A DNA stretch of 64,000 nt from Paraspadella gotoi (Eukaryota; Animalia; Chaetognatha), in assembly GCA_051294375.1 (NCBI GenBank), contig CM119266.1:9370538-9434537 (forward strand). The letters run 5' to 3'. Position numbers and translations under genes: made by a program. Below, one piece after another: positions 10,590 to 23,900 of the stretch. The notes below the pieces were generated by a model. The model was given only the letters and a program-made list of their open reading frames with translations, was not told the origin of the DNA and ran no database searches. How positions within the stretch are numbered: the first letter of the stretch is position 1; every line of letters starts with the position of its first letter.

Positions 10590-11460
10590 AAGTATAAATT
10601 TTACAATTTACGCAGTAGGCTATATTTATACTAATACTGATTTAATAAATGTTAAAATTTTAAAATAGTTTTTTGTAAGATTTTTTTGCAGATTTGGATT
10701 CGTCATGAAAAGTTGATATAAAGAAATATAATTGTTTTTTAAAAATTCTTTCATTAAAAAACCATATTTAATACATAAAATTGTAATTATCAGTTTAAAA
10801 TATAAGTTATTTTTATATTTGATTAACTTAATGAAAGATTTTTTTAAAAAAATTATATTTCTTTATATCAACTTTTTATGACGAATCTAAATCTGCAAAA
10901 AAATCTTACAAAAAACTATTTTAAAATTTTAACGTTTAACGTTTTAACGTTTAATTATGTTTAATTATGAACAACATACCATCAGTGATTATTAATTTGT
11001 AAAAATCATTAATTTTATATTCTTCAATTTTCGCAGTAGGCTATATTTATATATAATACTATATTTTAGTTAAAAGTTTTTATTTGATTTCTGTAACGAA
11101 TTTATTTCATTGTAAAACAGAATAGTTTTGGCTTTTCTGTTAGCTGTTAATGCCGATAAAAGCTTGAAACAAAAGCCGAAACATGTCCGTTTTACAATGA
11201 AATAAATTCGTTACAGAATTCAAAAACTTTTCACTAAATCTACTAACGTAACAAAAAGAAAGGATCATATCGCAAAGTATTATCCTTATAAAATCAAAAA
11301 ATTTCATAATACGCTTTTCTTAATCTTAATTTTGATTGCAGATTTGAATTCTTCGTCAAAAGTTGATTAAACGTTAAAGTTTAACGTTTAATCAACTTGT
11401 TGTTCATAATTGATATTTATAATTTTCTTATGTAACTTTCACTACGCCTTAGTTTACAGT
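10590..11460. mobile_element. AT-rich foldback element with two internal inverted repeats (10650-10757/10828-10933 and 11063-11145/11161-11238); relatives at ~50400-50760 and ~56510-57040
   Basis: Directly visible ~105-bp and ~80-bp inverted arms; shared landmarks ttacgcagtaggc(t/c)atatttatact and tttgcagatttgga at 10608/56531 and 10685/56608. Confidence 0.7.
11149..11191 (+). ncRNA. Degenerate minimal type-I hammerhead motif, same family
   Basis: AAUG-CCGAUAA-A-AGCUU-gaaacaa-AAGCC-GAAACAUGUC-CGUU: palindromic stem III and 4-bp stem I intact, two substitutions in the CUGAUGA box. Confidence 0.55.
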
Positions 11461-11822
11461 TTATATTGATAAAACTCGTATTTTGAACTTGATTACAAAA
11501 TGCAGAATACAGATTATCATATAACCAGAATAAAATAGTTTTGTAATTCACTTATATGTAGTTAGTGTTAATTGGCGTTATTGTAACCCTATTTAGTTAT
11601 TATTATACGGAATATCCTTTAACTGGTTTTAACTAGAAAGTTAAAATATTTTTAATTAAACAAATAAAAACAATTAAAAATAAATTTTAAAAATTTTAAA
11701 TTTGAGGGAAAAGATTTGAATAATAACTTTGGGTCATGCCAAGCCGTGACCACTAACCAGAGATGATTTATTCAGAACCTTTCCTTCTCAAAACTGCAGC
11801 CATGCCAGGTCACGTGACCTAC

Positions 11823-11965
11823 CCGTCGCATTCGTCGCACGGTTCAAAGTTCTTGCAGCACTTTCCAGGATGTTTGCTGATGTCGACGCAGTCTTCCGAA
11901 TTCGCGTAGAGACTCCGCAGAGCGAGCAGCGTCGCCAGCAGAGCCGCTTTACTCGAAGCCCTCAT
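11823..11965 (-). CDS. First coding exon of a putative secreted/membrane Cys-rich protein (remaining exons not found)
   Basis: GC-rich island encoding MRASSKAALLATLLALRSLYANSEDCVDISKHPGKCCKNFEPCDECDG (hydrophobic signal peptide then 5 Cys), ending at donor GG|gtaggt. Confidence 0.55.
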
Positions 11966-14824
11966 CTCGGGAGCCAAAGTTGGACGTCGCGGAAATAATA
12001 AAGGAAAAGGAGAAATTGGGGGGGGGGAATGAAAAGAAAAAGAAAAAATTGGAAAAATGAAAAAAGAAAAAATTGGAAAAAGGAAAAAAGAAAAAGAAGA
12101 AATTGGAAAAAGAAGAAATTGGAAGCCACCTGACGGAAACTGAGCCGGGAATGAAATTCGCTGTTTGTTTTTGATCACGGCTGGTTTACCAACCGTAAAG
12201 CACGTTTTGTACTTTTCGTATATTTCTTGTTAGTATTTAAAGGTATCGTTAAAAATTTATATCGCAGTTGGTAAATTGTACTATTCTAATGTTTTTTGGT
12301 TTTTTTTTGGCTACATTTTAGTCGCTAAGAGTAATAATTATCTATTTTGGGCAGTCCAGGGAAATACTCTAGCGAGATGAAATGAGAAACGATATCCTAA
12401 ATTATTTTCGACTCTTTGCAGAAAAAACTAGAATCCCAGCGAAATTGAAGTTGGAAACAAATTAAACCAGAATCTACTCCAATTACCAAAATAACAAAAT
12501 ATTTTCTTCTACCGTCGAAAGGGCTTAGTTTCGAATATCGTCGGGGTCTCGTGGCTGACAATTCTGAGAGGCCTGAGCGGATTTTTATAACCTAATATGC
12601 TTATGACATCCATGTCATATATTAATAATAATATTTTCGTGGAAATTACGACAAAAACGTAAAACATAAAATATAAGCAGAAAAAGAAATTTAAAAGAAG
12701 ATCCGTATCTTCGATTTCTATGGCGAAAACTGGATTCGTGAAATTGAAATTTCCGTTTGTCGGGCGAAACATCGATTTCCTCAAAACTTTATCGGCAAAG
12801 ATTCCACAGACGATGTCGGCGTAGATAAAACAGACGATGTCGGTACATAGATACCACAGTCGTTACGAATTACCCACAGAGCAGATGTGAGGGAAATGAA
12901 GTTGACTAATAGTTAGCTCACTGTGGCGCGTTGTTCCGTTTTTAAGTTCGCTTAAAAATTAACCGCATTAATACTTTTGTCTTTTTTATATATTTTCGGA
13001 CTCCCCCCCCCCACAACCACCAGCCCGCCTAGCCCGTTCGAGCGGCAGTGGCCAATGGGGCAAATACAAGGCCAACGCCTCCGAGCGCAGAGGTTACGTG
13101 GTTGAGCTCCAGAGAGTGAACGGCCGGTGGAAACGTCGGGTACTTAACGTCCGCGTTTCGGAGGCTAATCCTGTACGAAACTGGGGGAAGGACTTTGCCT
13201 TGGTCGCCTTGGCACCAACTGCCAAGTTGCCAACCATTCAACTTGACAAGGGAGACATTGCTTAATCTGAAATTTAATGATAAATTATTAATGATAAACT
13301 GATTGCTGGACTGGACTCTGTTATTATAATGAGAGGGATTGTTTAATGAATATAATAATTATAATATTGATTGAACGTATTTCACTAACGGCCCGATATA
13401 CTGAATAAGACAATTTTCTATCTAAGCCGATTGACAAAACTCCGCCCTCCACCGCGAGTTTCCATGGCAACGCGCCTTCTCGCCTCCACGCAGCGTCAAA
13501 GATCCACTTAGCGCAGAATGGATCCCTCAGATCTTAGTGCCTTCCGAGTTTTCACTGTTTTTTACTGTTTTTTACTGTTTTTAGTGCCTTTAGTGTTTTC
13601 AGCGTTTTTTTCCCCCACTTTACTGTTTTTCTTTTTGTGTGTTTTATGTTTTTTAAGCCTCTCACGTTTAAAATGGAAGGAGAAATGGGAAAATGAATGT
13701 TGTAAATATAAAACTAAACAAAGGTTAAAAACGTTACATCAAATGAATTAATTTTCTTTTACTCGTTTAATTTTTGATTCTTAATTCTCTAATTACGTTA
13801 GTGTATTTTCCATTTCCCAGCGGCCTACGACAGCTGTTGCCCTCTTATGGCTCAGCACAATCGCGTTAGTTACTATCCCTTTACGGCGGTTAAGTGACAG
13901 CATAAAGTACAAAGTAAAGTCGGACAGTTACAATGGATTTTATTAATTAATTTAAAAAAGGTATGTTCGTGAACTTTCGATTTTAACATCGAAAGACCAG
14001 CAAATTAAATGATAATGAAAATAGTAAATCAACAGTGAATCGACAGGGAATCAACAGTAAATCGACAGTGAATCAACAGCGACTCGTTTTCTCTCTCCGT
14101 TCGTATCTCGTAAATCACGGGAGTCCATTACGTTGGAACGAGGCTATCTCGTTAAAAGAGGGAAAACGTCCTTACCATTATTTATCGACGATCGCTTTTC
14201 TGTCTCTACTACTTCTCTTCCTTAGCCTTATTTTTCTTCCCCCTTTTTTTTTACGAAAATTCCCCTTTTTTTTGTCATTTTTTTCTTCCTTTTTATTTAT
14301 GACATATTTTGTAAGTTAAATTGATGACGGAATTTGTCTCTGTTTACTTCCAAAGATTCATTTTAAAAAGACCCGCCATTATATTCCTCCAGCGATTCCC
14401 TTTTGTTTTTTCTTTTCATATGCGGCGCCGCCATCTTTTTGTTGTTTTCTTGTTGACTTCTTGTTTTGACATTAATTTCTGTTAGTAAGGAGAACTGGAA
14501 AGGACCCACCGAGGAGGGGGCCCCGCATGGAGCGGCGCAAAAGGGGACGTTTCTAAAGGAAGCACCTCAGAGAGGGCGCTGTTAAGATTAACAACAAAAA
14601 AGCAGAAAAGGGAGAAAAAAAGGGGAAAAAAATTATGAATGGTTTTCTGTTCCTTGGGCCTAAAAGCCCGAGCTGGTTTCCCGCCCTTTCTCAAAGGCTC
14701 CGGCCCTCTGTCGACGTATACGGCACGTCGGGTCTTAAAAGAATTAGACTCAACGAGGCTGAATTCTTTTCTTTCTTCTTTTTTTTTAAGTCTTTTGTTG
14801 GTTCCATCCTTTGGGGTTGTAAAG

Positions 14825-14860
<36 letters not shown>

Positions 14861-15223
14861 CTCTCTCTCCTCTCTCTTGCATTAAAACTGCGTGTCCGAC
14901 AATCAGAGAGAATTTCGAAACACTAATCCACTCCCGCACTGACATCTACCTCCGTTTTTTTTCTTACTTTTATTTCCTTTCTTTTTCCTTTCTTTACTTT
15001 CCTCCTTCAATTCTCCTTTTTTTTTCTATCTTAAAATTTACTCTTCTTCCTTTCACTNNNNNNNNNNTTCCACTTTTCTTTTCTTTTTTTCTTTTTTCCT
15101 CCCTTTATTTTCTTTCTCGTCGATCATTTCCTCCGTTTCCTTTCCTCCACTTCCGCCCGTCACTCAGGGATGAAGTCGATCGCTAAATCGATTCTTCACC
15201 CGAAACTCCTTTCTTGGTAGAGA

Positions 15224-15259
<36 letters not shown>

Positions 15260-15508
15260 AGATGCCAATCTCGACTTCACTACCTTTCTTTTTTTCTCAC
15301 GCAGATTTTCGTTCGATTTTTTTTCCCCTTCAGATTTCGACCCCAACTGATTATCCAATCTTCAATTACCAAGGTCCCTTCAACTTCAAGGGCACAACCC
15401 GCTTTGAACTATCATTCCTATTTTTTCACTTTTCTCTAACAAAAACTTTATACTTATATTTATAGTACAAATGGCTTCTTGTTCTCCTCTTCAGTCTTAG
15501 CTCTCACA

Positions 15509-15543
<35 letters not shown>

Positions 15544-15638
15544 TCCGCATCCTCTCTCCCCATCTATTTCCTCCCATCTAATCTTTTTCCCCCGAAATCT
15601 CAGGACGTTGTCGACGACGGCGAATAAACTCGGGAAAT

Positions 15639-15677
<39 letters not shown>

Positions 15678-17039
15678 GCATCGACGTCGTCGTCGTCTTC
15701 GCTAATGTAGTTTTTATTGTTCCGCAATAACAAAAGAAATAAAAGATTCCTTGAGACGAAACGCGATCGCATGGCGTCACTTCGCGTGGACTGACTCTTC
15801 ACTAGATTCATATGAGAACCGCAAAATAATATCCGATTCTCCGCAGTCATTGCGACCTAAATCCCCGCTAATCAGTAATAAATGATCACAATGTGTCACA
15901 AGGAGTCATTGAAATTCATAACTATGTTGGAATTCAAAAAAGTTTGTTAACCTATCGAATGGTACGATAAGAGTTCATTGAATCAATTATTAATTTTTTT
16001 AATTGGTTGTACCGATTTCATAATATAATTTTAATTTTTGAGTGTAACCTCTTAATTTCGTGCCACAGCTGATGGTTCCCGTGGGAGTAATCTCCTGTCA
16101 ATACCATCAATCTTTTGGGCCACGCCCACTGCACGACCCTTACCCTAAATTCTCCGACTACCGCGACCTGCAATGTCAACCTTGTTTATCGCGAGTCTTT
16201 TGAAAACAAGTTAGTTTATATCTCGCGCCATAAAAGTTGGCCCCCGTGATTCAATCGGCCCATGCAATGACAATATTGTTGTCGTAGTCATCGTTTCAAC
16301 AGTTAATAATAGAAAATATTCGTTAGGAAAATTAATTGTTTATCGAGGCTAATGGGGAACGTCCTGTTAAAGTAACATCGATATTAAGCTTCTTAGCATA
16401 TTTGACGGGCTGATAGAAAGCGACATGGCACATCCATGATTCTTTAAACGAATATTATCAACATTAATGTCGCATTTAAGTCAGGATCCGATCTGATCAG
16501 ATCTGATCTAGTCTGATCTGTTCGTCAGCAGAATTTTGGGTACTTCACCAAAATGGTGAATAATAAAGGGCAAAATATTCATAGCTAAATGATAGTTAAT
16601 TTTCTTACCAAACATAAAAAATCAACCATAACGACTAGAATATTTAAAAGTATAATTGAGGCATTTTTATAATTAAGTTTTTTCATATTTATCTCCTGAT
16701 CGAACAAAACTATACTCTTCATCAAAACTCTACAATATGCAAATGATATTTAGGGACTCTTTTATTGAAGATAATCCACAAATTATTCCGCTACGGTTTG
16801 TCGTTGTCGTCGTTGACGTCGTCGTCGTCGTCGTCGTCGTCGTTAATGTCGTCGCCGGGATCTTCAGACAGACAGTCGCCGCCTTGTTTACATCTTTCCT
16901 TCTCGCGGATCCAGAGATTCTTGTTTACACTCGAAACGGCGATTCTCAGAAATCTCCGCCAGAGGGAAAAGATGGCGGAAGGAAATATTTTCGGACCGGC
17001 GGAAATTTTGAATGGAATGTAAGGAAACGACGGGACAAG

Positions 17040-17405
17040 AGGGGCGGGAAGGGAAATGGAGACAGAGAAACACAGGGGAATGGGGACAGGGGACAATTGG
17101 GAAGTGGGAAAACAAGCGATTATTTTTTTTTTGTTTGTTGTATCTCTCGCGCCATAAAAGTTGGCCCCCGTGATTTCAAGTCGGCCCATTGCAATGTCAA
17201 TATCGTTTCGTACAATGGGAAGTGGGAAATGGGGACTGATGGACAGGGAGAATGGGGACAGGGGACAATGGGAAGTGGGGAATGGGGACTGAAGAACTGG
17301 GGAAAGGGGACAATGGGAAGGGGGAATGGGAGTGGAGGACGCGGAAAGGGGACATGAGGAGTGGGGAAGGGGAGGAAATTGAGAGGAAACGGGTACGGGA
17401 CGGGT
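17040..17405 (+). repeat. G-rich degenerate minisatellite (gggaatggggaca-type units)
   Basis: Dense GGG/GGGG tracts spaced 2-7 nt apart; G-quadruplex potential. Confidence 0.7.
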
Positions 17406-17466
17406 CAGAGAAAATATGAGACGCAACAGAGGAGAATGAAGGGACGGAATAGAAGCGGGGACATCC

Positions 17467-17501
<35 letters not shown>

Positions 17502-18637
17502 TTTCAAACACTCTTTTTCCTCTCTCACTCTCTCTTCCTCTTCAGTAACTTTAATTTTAAATTCAATTAGTTATTTTTATCTCGTGACTTTTCATTCTCT
17601 TCTTACACTATGTACTCCCAGGGCTTGTGTCAAAATTATTATGTTTTAAACACATTTTATCGAAATTTTATGTTTTTAAGTTTGTAGCTCAATAATCTAG
17701 ATTACGATAAGAAATCTTAAACCCGAGTTAACTAGGGTTTATTAAAAAGGAAACAAAATTGAAACAAAAAGAAAGAAAACTAAAAGGAAACAAAAAATAA
17801 AAATAAAAAGGGGAAAAAGAAAGAAAAAGAAGAAAGTACTGAAATACAACATCTCATCCAGCAAAAGTCATGCCACGCCCCTTCGGCCTCGCGATGGCGC
17901 CGCCTTCGCCGAGCAAGAGGAGAGCAACGAACGTCGGAGCGCCGAGAACGCCGGGGCGCTTTGTGGCTGAAAAACGCGGGCGACAAAGAGATGAGATGAA
18001 TGATCGATCGGTTAAGCTTCTTTCTTTTGTTTTCTATTGTTTTATTATTATTATTATTATTACATTCACGTCTGTTTATAATTTCAATACATTTCTCTCT
18101 GTCATTTTCATTTAACCCGCCTTTTTTATACTTTATACTTTTCAATTTCATTTATCTGACCATTCACAAGTCGCCATATTTCTTTACAGTTTTTAAAAAT
18201 ATATTCATTCTTCAACCTCTTTCCCATTGCCTTCACTCTTCTTTGATTATTATTCAAGTTTCATTTCATTTCGTTTCATTTCATTTCCATTCAATGTTCA
18301 TTCAATTTTCATTGCATTTTAATTCCATTTTCATTCCATTTTAATTTCATTATTTCTTTTCATTCCATTTCCATTTAATTTTCAATTCTTTTCATTCCCT
18401 TTTCATTTCCACTACTTTTTCCAGTCNNNNNNNNNNGTCCCTTCCCCGCCCTTTTCCACTTCCCGCGACCTCGATGCAAAAATGGAAGAGAGGATCAATG
18501 CTTCTCTCTTCTTCTCTTGACCTTGAGGGGGGAAAGAGAACGGGCGACGGATGGGCGCTTAATATTTGTTGGAAATCGAGAGAGAGAGAGAGAAGAGGAG
18601 AAGAGAGAGAGAGAGGAGAGAGGAAGAGAGAGAGAGA

Positions 18638-18670
<33 letters not shown>

Positions 18671-19696
18671 CAGAAGAGAGTGGAGATGAAAGATTCAAAG
18701 GCAAAGTCTGAACGAAAAGAAAGGTCGGACGCAGATATTGTAATGTAATGTAATGAAATTGTAAGTTTTTACAGACAGTTCGAAATGACGATTTTCTTTG
18801 GGATCGAAGTATTCGCTAACCTTTGGATCAGCATTCAGCTATTGTGTTTATGTGATTATTACGGTATATGTAAGTTTGGCGCTTCCCATCCAGATCATCT
18901 CACAAAAAATTAAAAACAAAAAGTTCAAAATTCCTTGGAACCACGAAACCTGAGCAGCACCGAAGAGACTTTTTTCCCTTTTTTTTTCGCGCGCAATTGA
19001 CTTTTGGTTCCTCGACATCGGAATGACGAAGAAGAAGAAGACGATGAAGAAGACGATGACGAAGACGACAACGAGGAAGAAGAAGAAGACGACGAAGAAG
19101 ACGAAGACGACGACGAAGACGACGACGATGATGACGGCGACAACAACGACGACAACTCCTTTTTTTTCCTTCCCGCGATTTTCACCTTCCGCCTTCTCGC
19201 TCTCCTGAAAATAGTATCTGAGTGGGAGTCGCTGACTCGTTTTTCTCATCCGTGAGAGAATCGGAAAGTGAGGGAGGGAGAGGGGGAAAGAGAGAGAGAG
19301 ATAGAAAGAGAGAGAGAGAGAGTGGATGAAATCATGAAGTCATAGAAAATTTAATTTTCAACTTTTTCCCTAAAAGAATTTATAATGTATGTTAAACTAA
19401 ATAAAAAAAGGTTTAAAAGTAAACTTTAAGTGAATACTACTTTAATATTTGAATAAATTGACTAATCTAATCAATGAAAATGTAAAGTTTATATTCACTT
19501 TTTTAAATTGCTTGCCGAATGATATTATCTTTTGGGATTAAATCTTTGAAATAGCTTTTACCGATGAAAGGATGGGGTAATTGGTTATTTTTTATTTGTT
19601 ATTTGTGTGTAAACTTGGGCCCAATAGTACTAGAATTGGATCACGTAGCCAAGTTTACGTTCCTTGTGATTCCTCTTTCTCTCGTCTCTCTCATCT

Positions 19697-19728
<32 letters not shown>

Positions 19729-19739
19729 TCTCTCTCTCT

Positions 19740-19776
<37 letters not shown>

Positions 19777-20831
19777 TCTCTCTTTTCCATGGATTTCCTT
19801 GAATAAGAGGAAACGTCGAAGGGTCCTTTACTGGGAAAAGAAAATTCCGGGTCAGATGCGAAAGGACAAAAGACCGAAGAGACACAGAGACAGAGAAGAG
19901 GAGAGAGAGAGAGAGAGAGACAAGGAAGAGAGGAGAATGAGAAGAAGAGAGAGAGAGAGAGACATATCACTGCCAAAAATTCATCCTATTTGAAGTCCAG
20001 ATGCTACAGTTTCTCAGCCTCCCGAGCGTTCCATCGCCAAGTCTAGACTAAATCCAGGCATAACCGAGGAAAAAGAGAGACATAATACCACATTGTAGCG
20101 GTAGTAATTTAAGAGTAGTGGCAATGTAATGTAGTTTTTATGTACACTTATACCCCGCAACACGTCCGAGAATCAGCGAGTAACATCGGCGCAGGAGGTT
20201 AATCGCGCTCCTCCAAACCTCGGAAGATTATCGGAGTATTACTTCAATGAAATTAACCGATTTGACTTAATTGATTGAACTCAAACACCAAAGTTTCCGT
20301 AAAACCAATCAGGGCCTTCACGTCACAATCTGGCCAATATATCCCGGACCCTGTGGTCACACTCAAATTCTACACNNNNNNNNNNNNNNNNNNNNNNNNN
20401 NNNNNNNNNNNNNNNNNNNNNNNNNNNNNNNNNNNNNNNNNNNNNNNNNNNNNNNNNNNNNNNNNNNNNNNNNNNNNNNNNNNNNNNNNNNNNNNNNNNN
20501 NNNNNNNNNNNNNNNNNNNNNNNNNNNNNNNNNNNNNNNNNNNNNNNNNNNNNNNNNNNNNNNNNNNNNNNNNNNNNNNNNNNNNNNNNNNNNNNNNNNN
20601 NNNNNNNNNNNNNNNNNNNNNNNNNNNNNNNNNNNNNNNNNNNNNNNNNNNNNNNNNNNNNNNNNNNNNNNNNNNNNNNNNNNNNNNNNNNNNNNNNNNN
20701 NNNNNNNNNNNNNNNNNNNNNNNNNNNNNNNNNNNNNNNNNNNNNNNNNNNNNNNNNNNNNNNNNNNNNNNNNNNNNNNNNNNNNNNNNNNNNNNNNNNN
20801 NNNNNNNNNNNNNNNNNNNNNNNNNNNNNNN

Positions 20832-20899
20832 GACGCCTTCTGGTTGACGTTGTTGTTGTTGTTGTACTCGTTACCCTGGTCGACGCAATTGCGGTCGTT

Positions 20900-20930
<31 letters not shown>

Positions 20931-23900
20931 GGTAGTACTGCTTTATCATCGATTTTTTCATAGTTTTCATCGTCGTCCCTCATCGTCATCTTTATCATCA
21001 TCGGCTTACTTATCAACAAATGTCAACATCATTGTAATCGTCATCAGCATCAGCCCCAGCATCATCATGAAAATCGCCATCACCTTAATCGTCGTTATAA
21101 TCGTTATCATCATCAATATCATCATCATTATCAATAGCACGATCGTATTATCATTATCAATAGCATGATGTTAATGAATTCTTTATCATTGTCGTAATCA
21201 ACTTCATCATCATCATCATCATCGTTGTCGTCAATATCGTCTTCCTTACCATCTTCGTTTTTCGCCCGTCTTTCGTCGTAGTTGCCATAGAGACGCGTCG
21301 ACGTGGAATGATTAAAAACGACGCCGGGCGCCTCGTCGTCGCCCTCTAGGGGCAACGAAGAAGGAAGGAAGGCGTGGAAGGGAAATTAGGGGCCGCCGCC
21401 GCCGCCGCCGCAAAGTGGAGGCAACAAAGGGAGAGGGCGCTAAGGGCGCCTGCGTAATGGCGTAAACGATGGAAGCCAAAAACGAGAGAGAAATGAAAGT
21501 TTAAGAGCGGAAAACGAACGTCTTTTGTTTTGTTTTTTTTGGGGGGGAAGATTGTTTTTGTTTCGTTTTGTTTTGTTTTAACTTGTCGAAAATAATGTGT
21601 TTTTTTTTCCTGCAGAAATTCTCAGAGTCAGACTTTCTTTGCCTGAAATTAGTTTTTCTCGGGAGAATAGGAAAACGTCATGAATAACATGAACTTTCGG
21701 ACGCCGATTTAAAAAAAAAAGAGCGCCACCAAAGAGGACGCCTAAAAAAGAGCGCCGACAAAAAGAAGCACGCACACAAAGGGCGCCGCCATTGAGAAAG
21801 ACGCCAGAAAAAGAGCACAGCCTTAGAAATGAGAAGCGAACAAAAATGAAACGCCGGGGCGGGGAAAAAATTAGTCTCGAGCGAAAAAGAACGGCGAGAG
21901 ACTGAAAGATCCGAGGCGCAAAAGAAACGATGGGCGCTAAAGGGAAAGATGAAGGCGCCGGCGTCGGGGCAATGGACGCCGAGCAAAGGATGCAAAAGTT
22001 GTAATAAAAAGAGCAGATGGTTTCTGCGAGTCGAGGGACGCTGAATTAGAGCTTAAAACGGAACCGTTAGTAAAAGAAGGGCTTTTAGTTGCGACTCAAA
22101 TAAGCGAAGACAACAATGACTTTGTTTGACTTTGACCGATCGCGATTTTGCAACTGAACTGTGGCCTACAGTGTGGATCAACTAATTTCCATTTAAGAAA
22201 AAGACTCGATCTTCGCTTTTAATTCCAGTCTTTCATTTCTCTCTTGCTTCGTCTCTGTGTACATTTTAAAGGTGGTTTTGTTTATAGTTCTCTATTATAA
22301 CATTAAAAATGTATAACCAATATATGAAAATTATTCTTTCATTCAGTAAACAAGAGAGGAATCTCCAGAGTTGAACATTTAATTCGCACCTTCCGAATTC
22401 AGAAATAAACATTGCGCTCTTAAGCAGCGCCATCGGTCGAGAAAAAAAGTGCCGCAAAGAGGCGTCGAAGGAATGGAAAAAGAAGAGGTTGCTCCTCGAG
22501 AAAAANNNNNNNNNNAGAGAGAGAGAGTCTTAACTAAAGAGCTAAACGTCGAAGTGGTTCTCCGTATTCGCTTGTCGGTGCTGGTTTTCTAATGCCATCC
22601 CGGCTTTTCTCAGTCATTTCTCCATCTTTATACCGAGTCGTAGTCTATTTTCTATTTAAATTTTTTTAAATTTTAAAATCATTTTTTCATACATTTTCTT
22701 CTTTAGCCTTATTGGCCTTATAGTTATAGTTATACTTTTTCTAAATTTTATCCATTTTTCGAAATTTTTAATAAGTAAGTCTTGTAAAAACTTTTTTTAA
22801 CATTTTTTCTTTCTAGTAGGATTTGTTTTTTNNNNNNNNNNNNNNNNNNNNNNNNNGCTCCGCCGACCAGCACGCCGCAAAAGGGAGTGTAGAGCAACCA
22901 ATATAGTGAGCATGGGCGCTAAGGTCGGCACTGCGTAATGGCGTAAACGCATTGGAAGCCAAAAAACGAGAGAGAAATGAAATGGTTTTAAAGAGACGGA
23001 AAACGAACGTCTTTTGTTTTTGTTTTTTTGGGGAAGATTGTTTGTTTCGTTTTGTTTATGTTTAACTTGTCGAAAATAATGTGTTTTTTTTCCTGCAGAA
23101 ATTCTTCAGACAGTCATGACTTTCTCTTGCCTGAAATTACGTTTTCTCGTGGGAGAACAGGAAAACGTCATGGAAATAACATGAACTTTCGGACGCGATT
23201 TAAAAAAAAAGAGCGCCACCAAAGAGGACGCCTAAAAAGAAGCGCCGACAAAAAGAAGCACGCCACACAAGGTCGCCGCCATGAGAAAGACGCCTCCAGA
23301 AAAAGAAGCACAGCTTCTTAGAATATGAGAACGCGAACAAAAAATGAATACGCCGGGCGTGGGTAAAAGAAAAAAAATTAAAGTCTACGAGCGAAAAAAG
23401 AACGCCTCGTGAAGAGTGAGGACTGAAAGAGCATCCGAGCGAGCAAAAAGAAACGATGGCGGCGCTTAAAGGGAAAGATGAAGGCCGGCCCTGGCGTCGG
23501 GGGCCGACATGACGGCCGAGGCCAAAGGATGCAAAAGTTGTTAATGAATAAAAAGAGCAGATGCGTTTCTGCTGAGTGTCGAGGACGCTGAATTAGAGCT
23601 TAAAACCGGAAACCGTTAGTAACAAGAAGGGCGCTTTTAGTTGGACCTCAAATAAGCGAAGGTGACCTAACAATGACTTTGTTTGAACTTTGACGCGATT
23701 ACGCGGATTTTTGCAACTGAACGGGCCTACCAGTGGGGATTCAACACTAATTTCCATTTAAGAAAAAGAACTCAGATCTTCGCTTTAATTCCAGTTTTCT
23801 CATTTCTCTCTTGCTTCGTCTTCTGGTACATTTTAAGGTGTTGTTTTTGTTATATAGTCTCTATATATAACATTAAAAATACTGATAACCAAATATATGA

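Noticed and set aside
19004-19255. Acidic ORF and the many poly-SL/ER/R/T ORFs in the ORF track
   Set aside because: Translations of (GAC/GAA)n, (CT)n and (GA)n microsatellites or N-runs; open in several frames with no family motifs.
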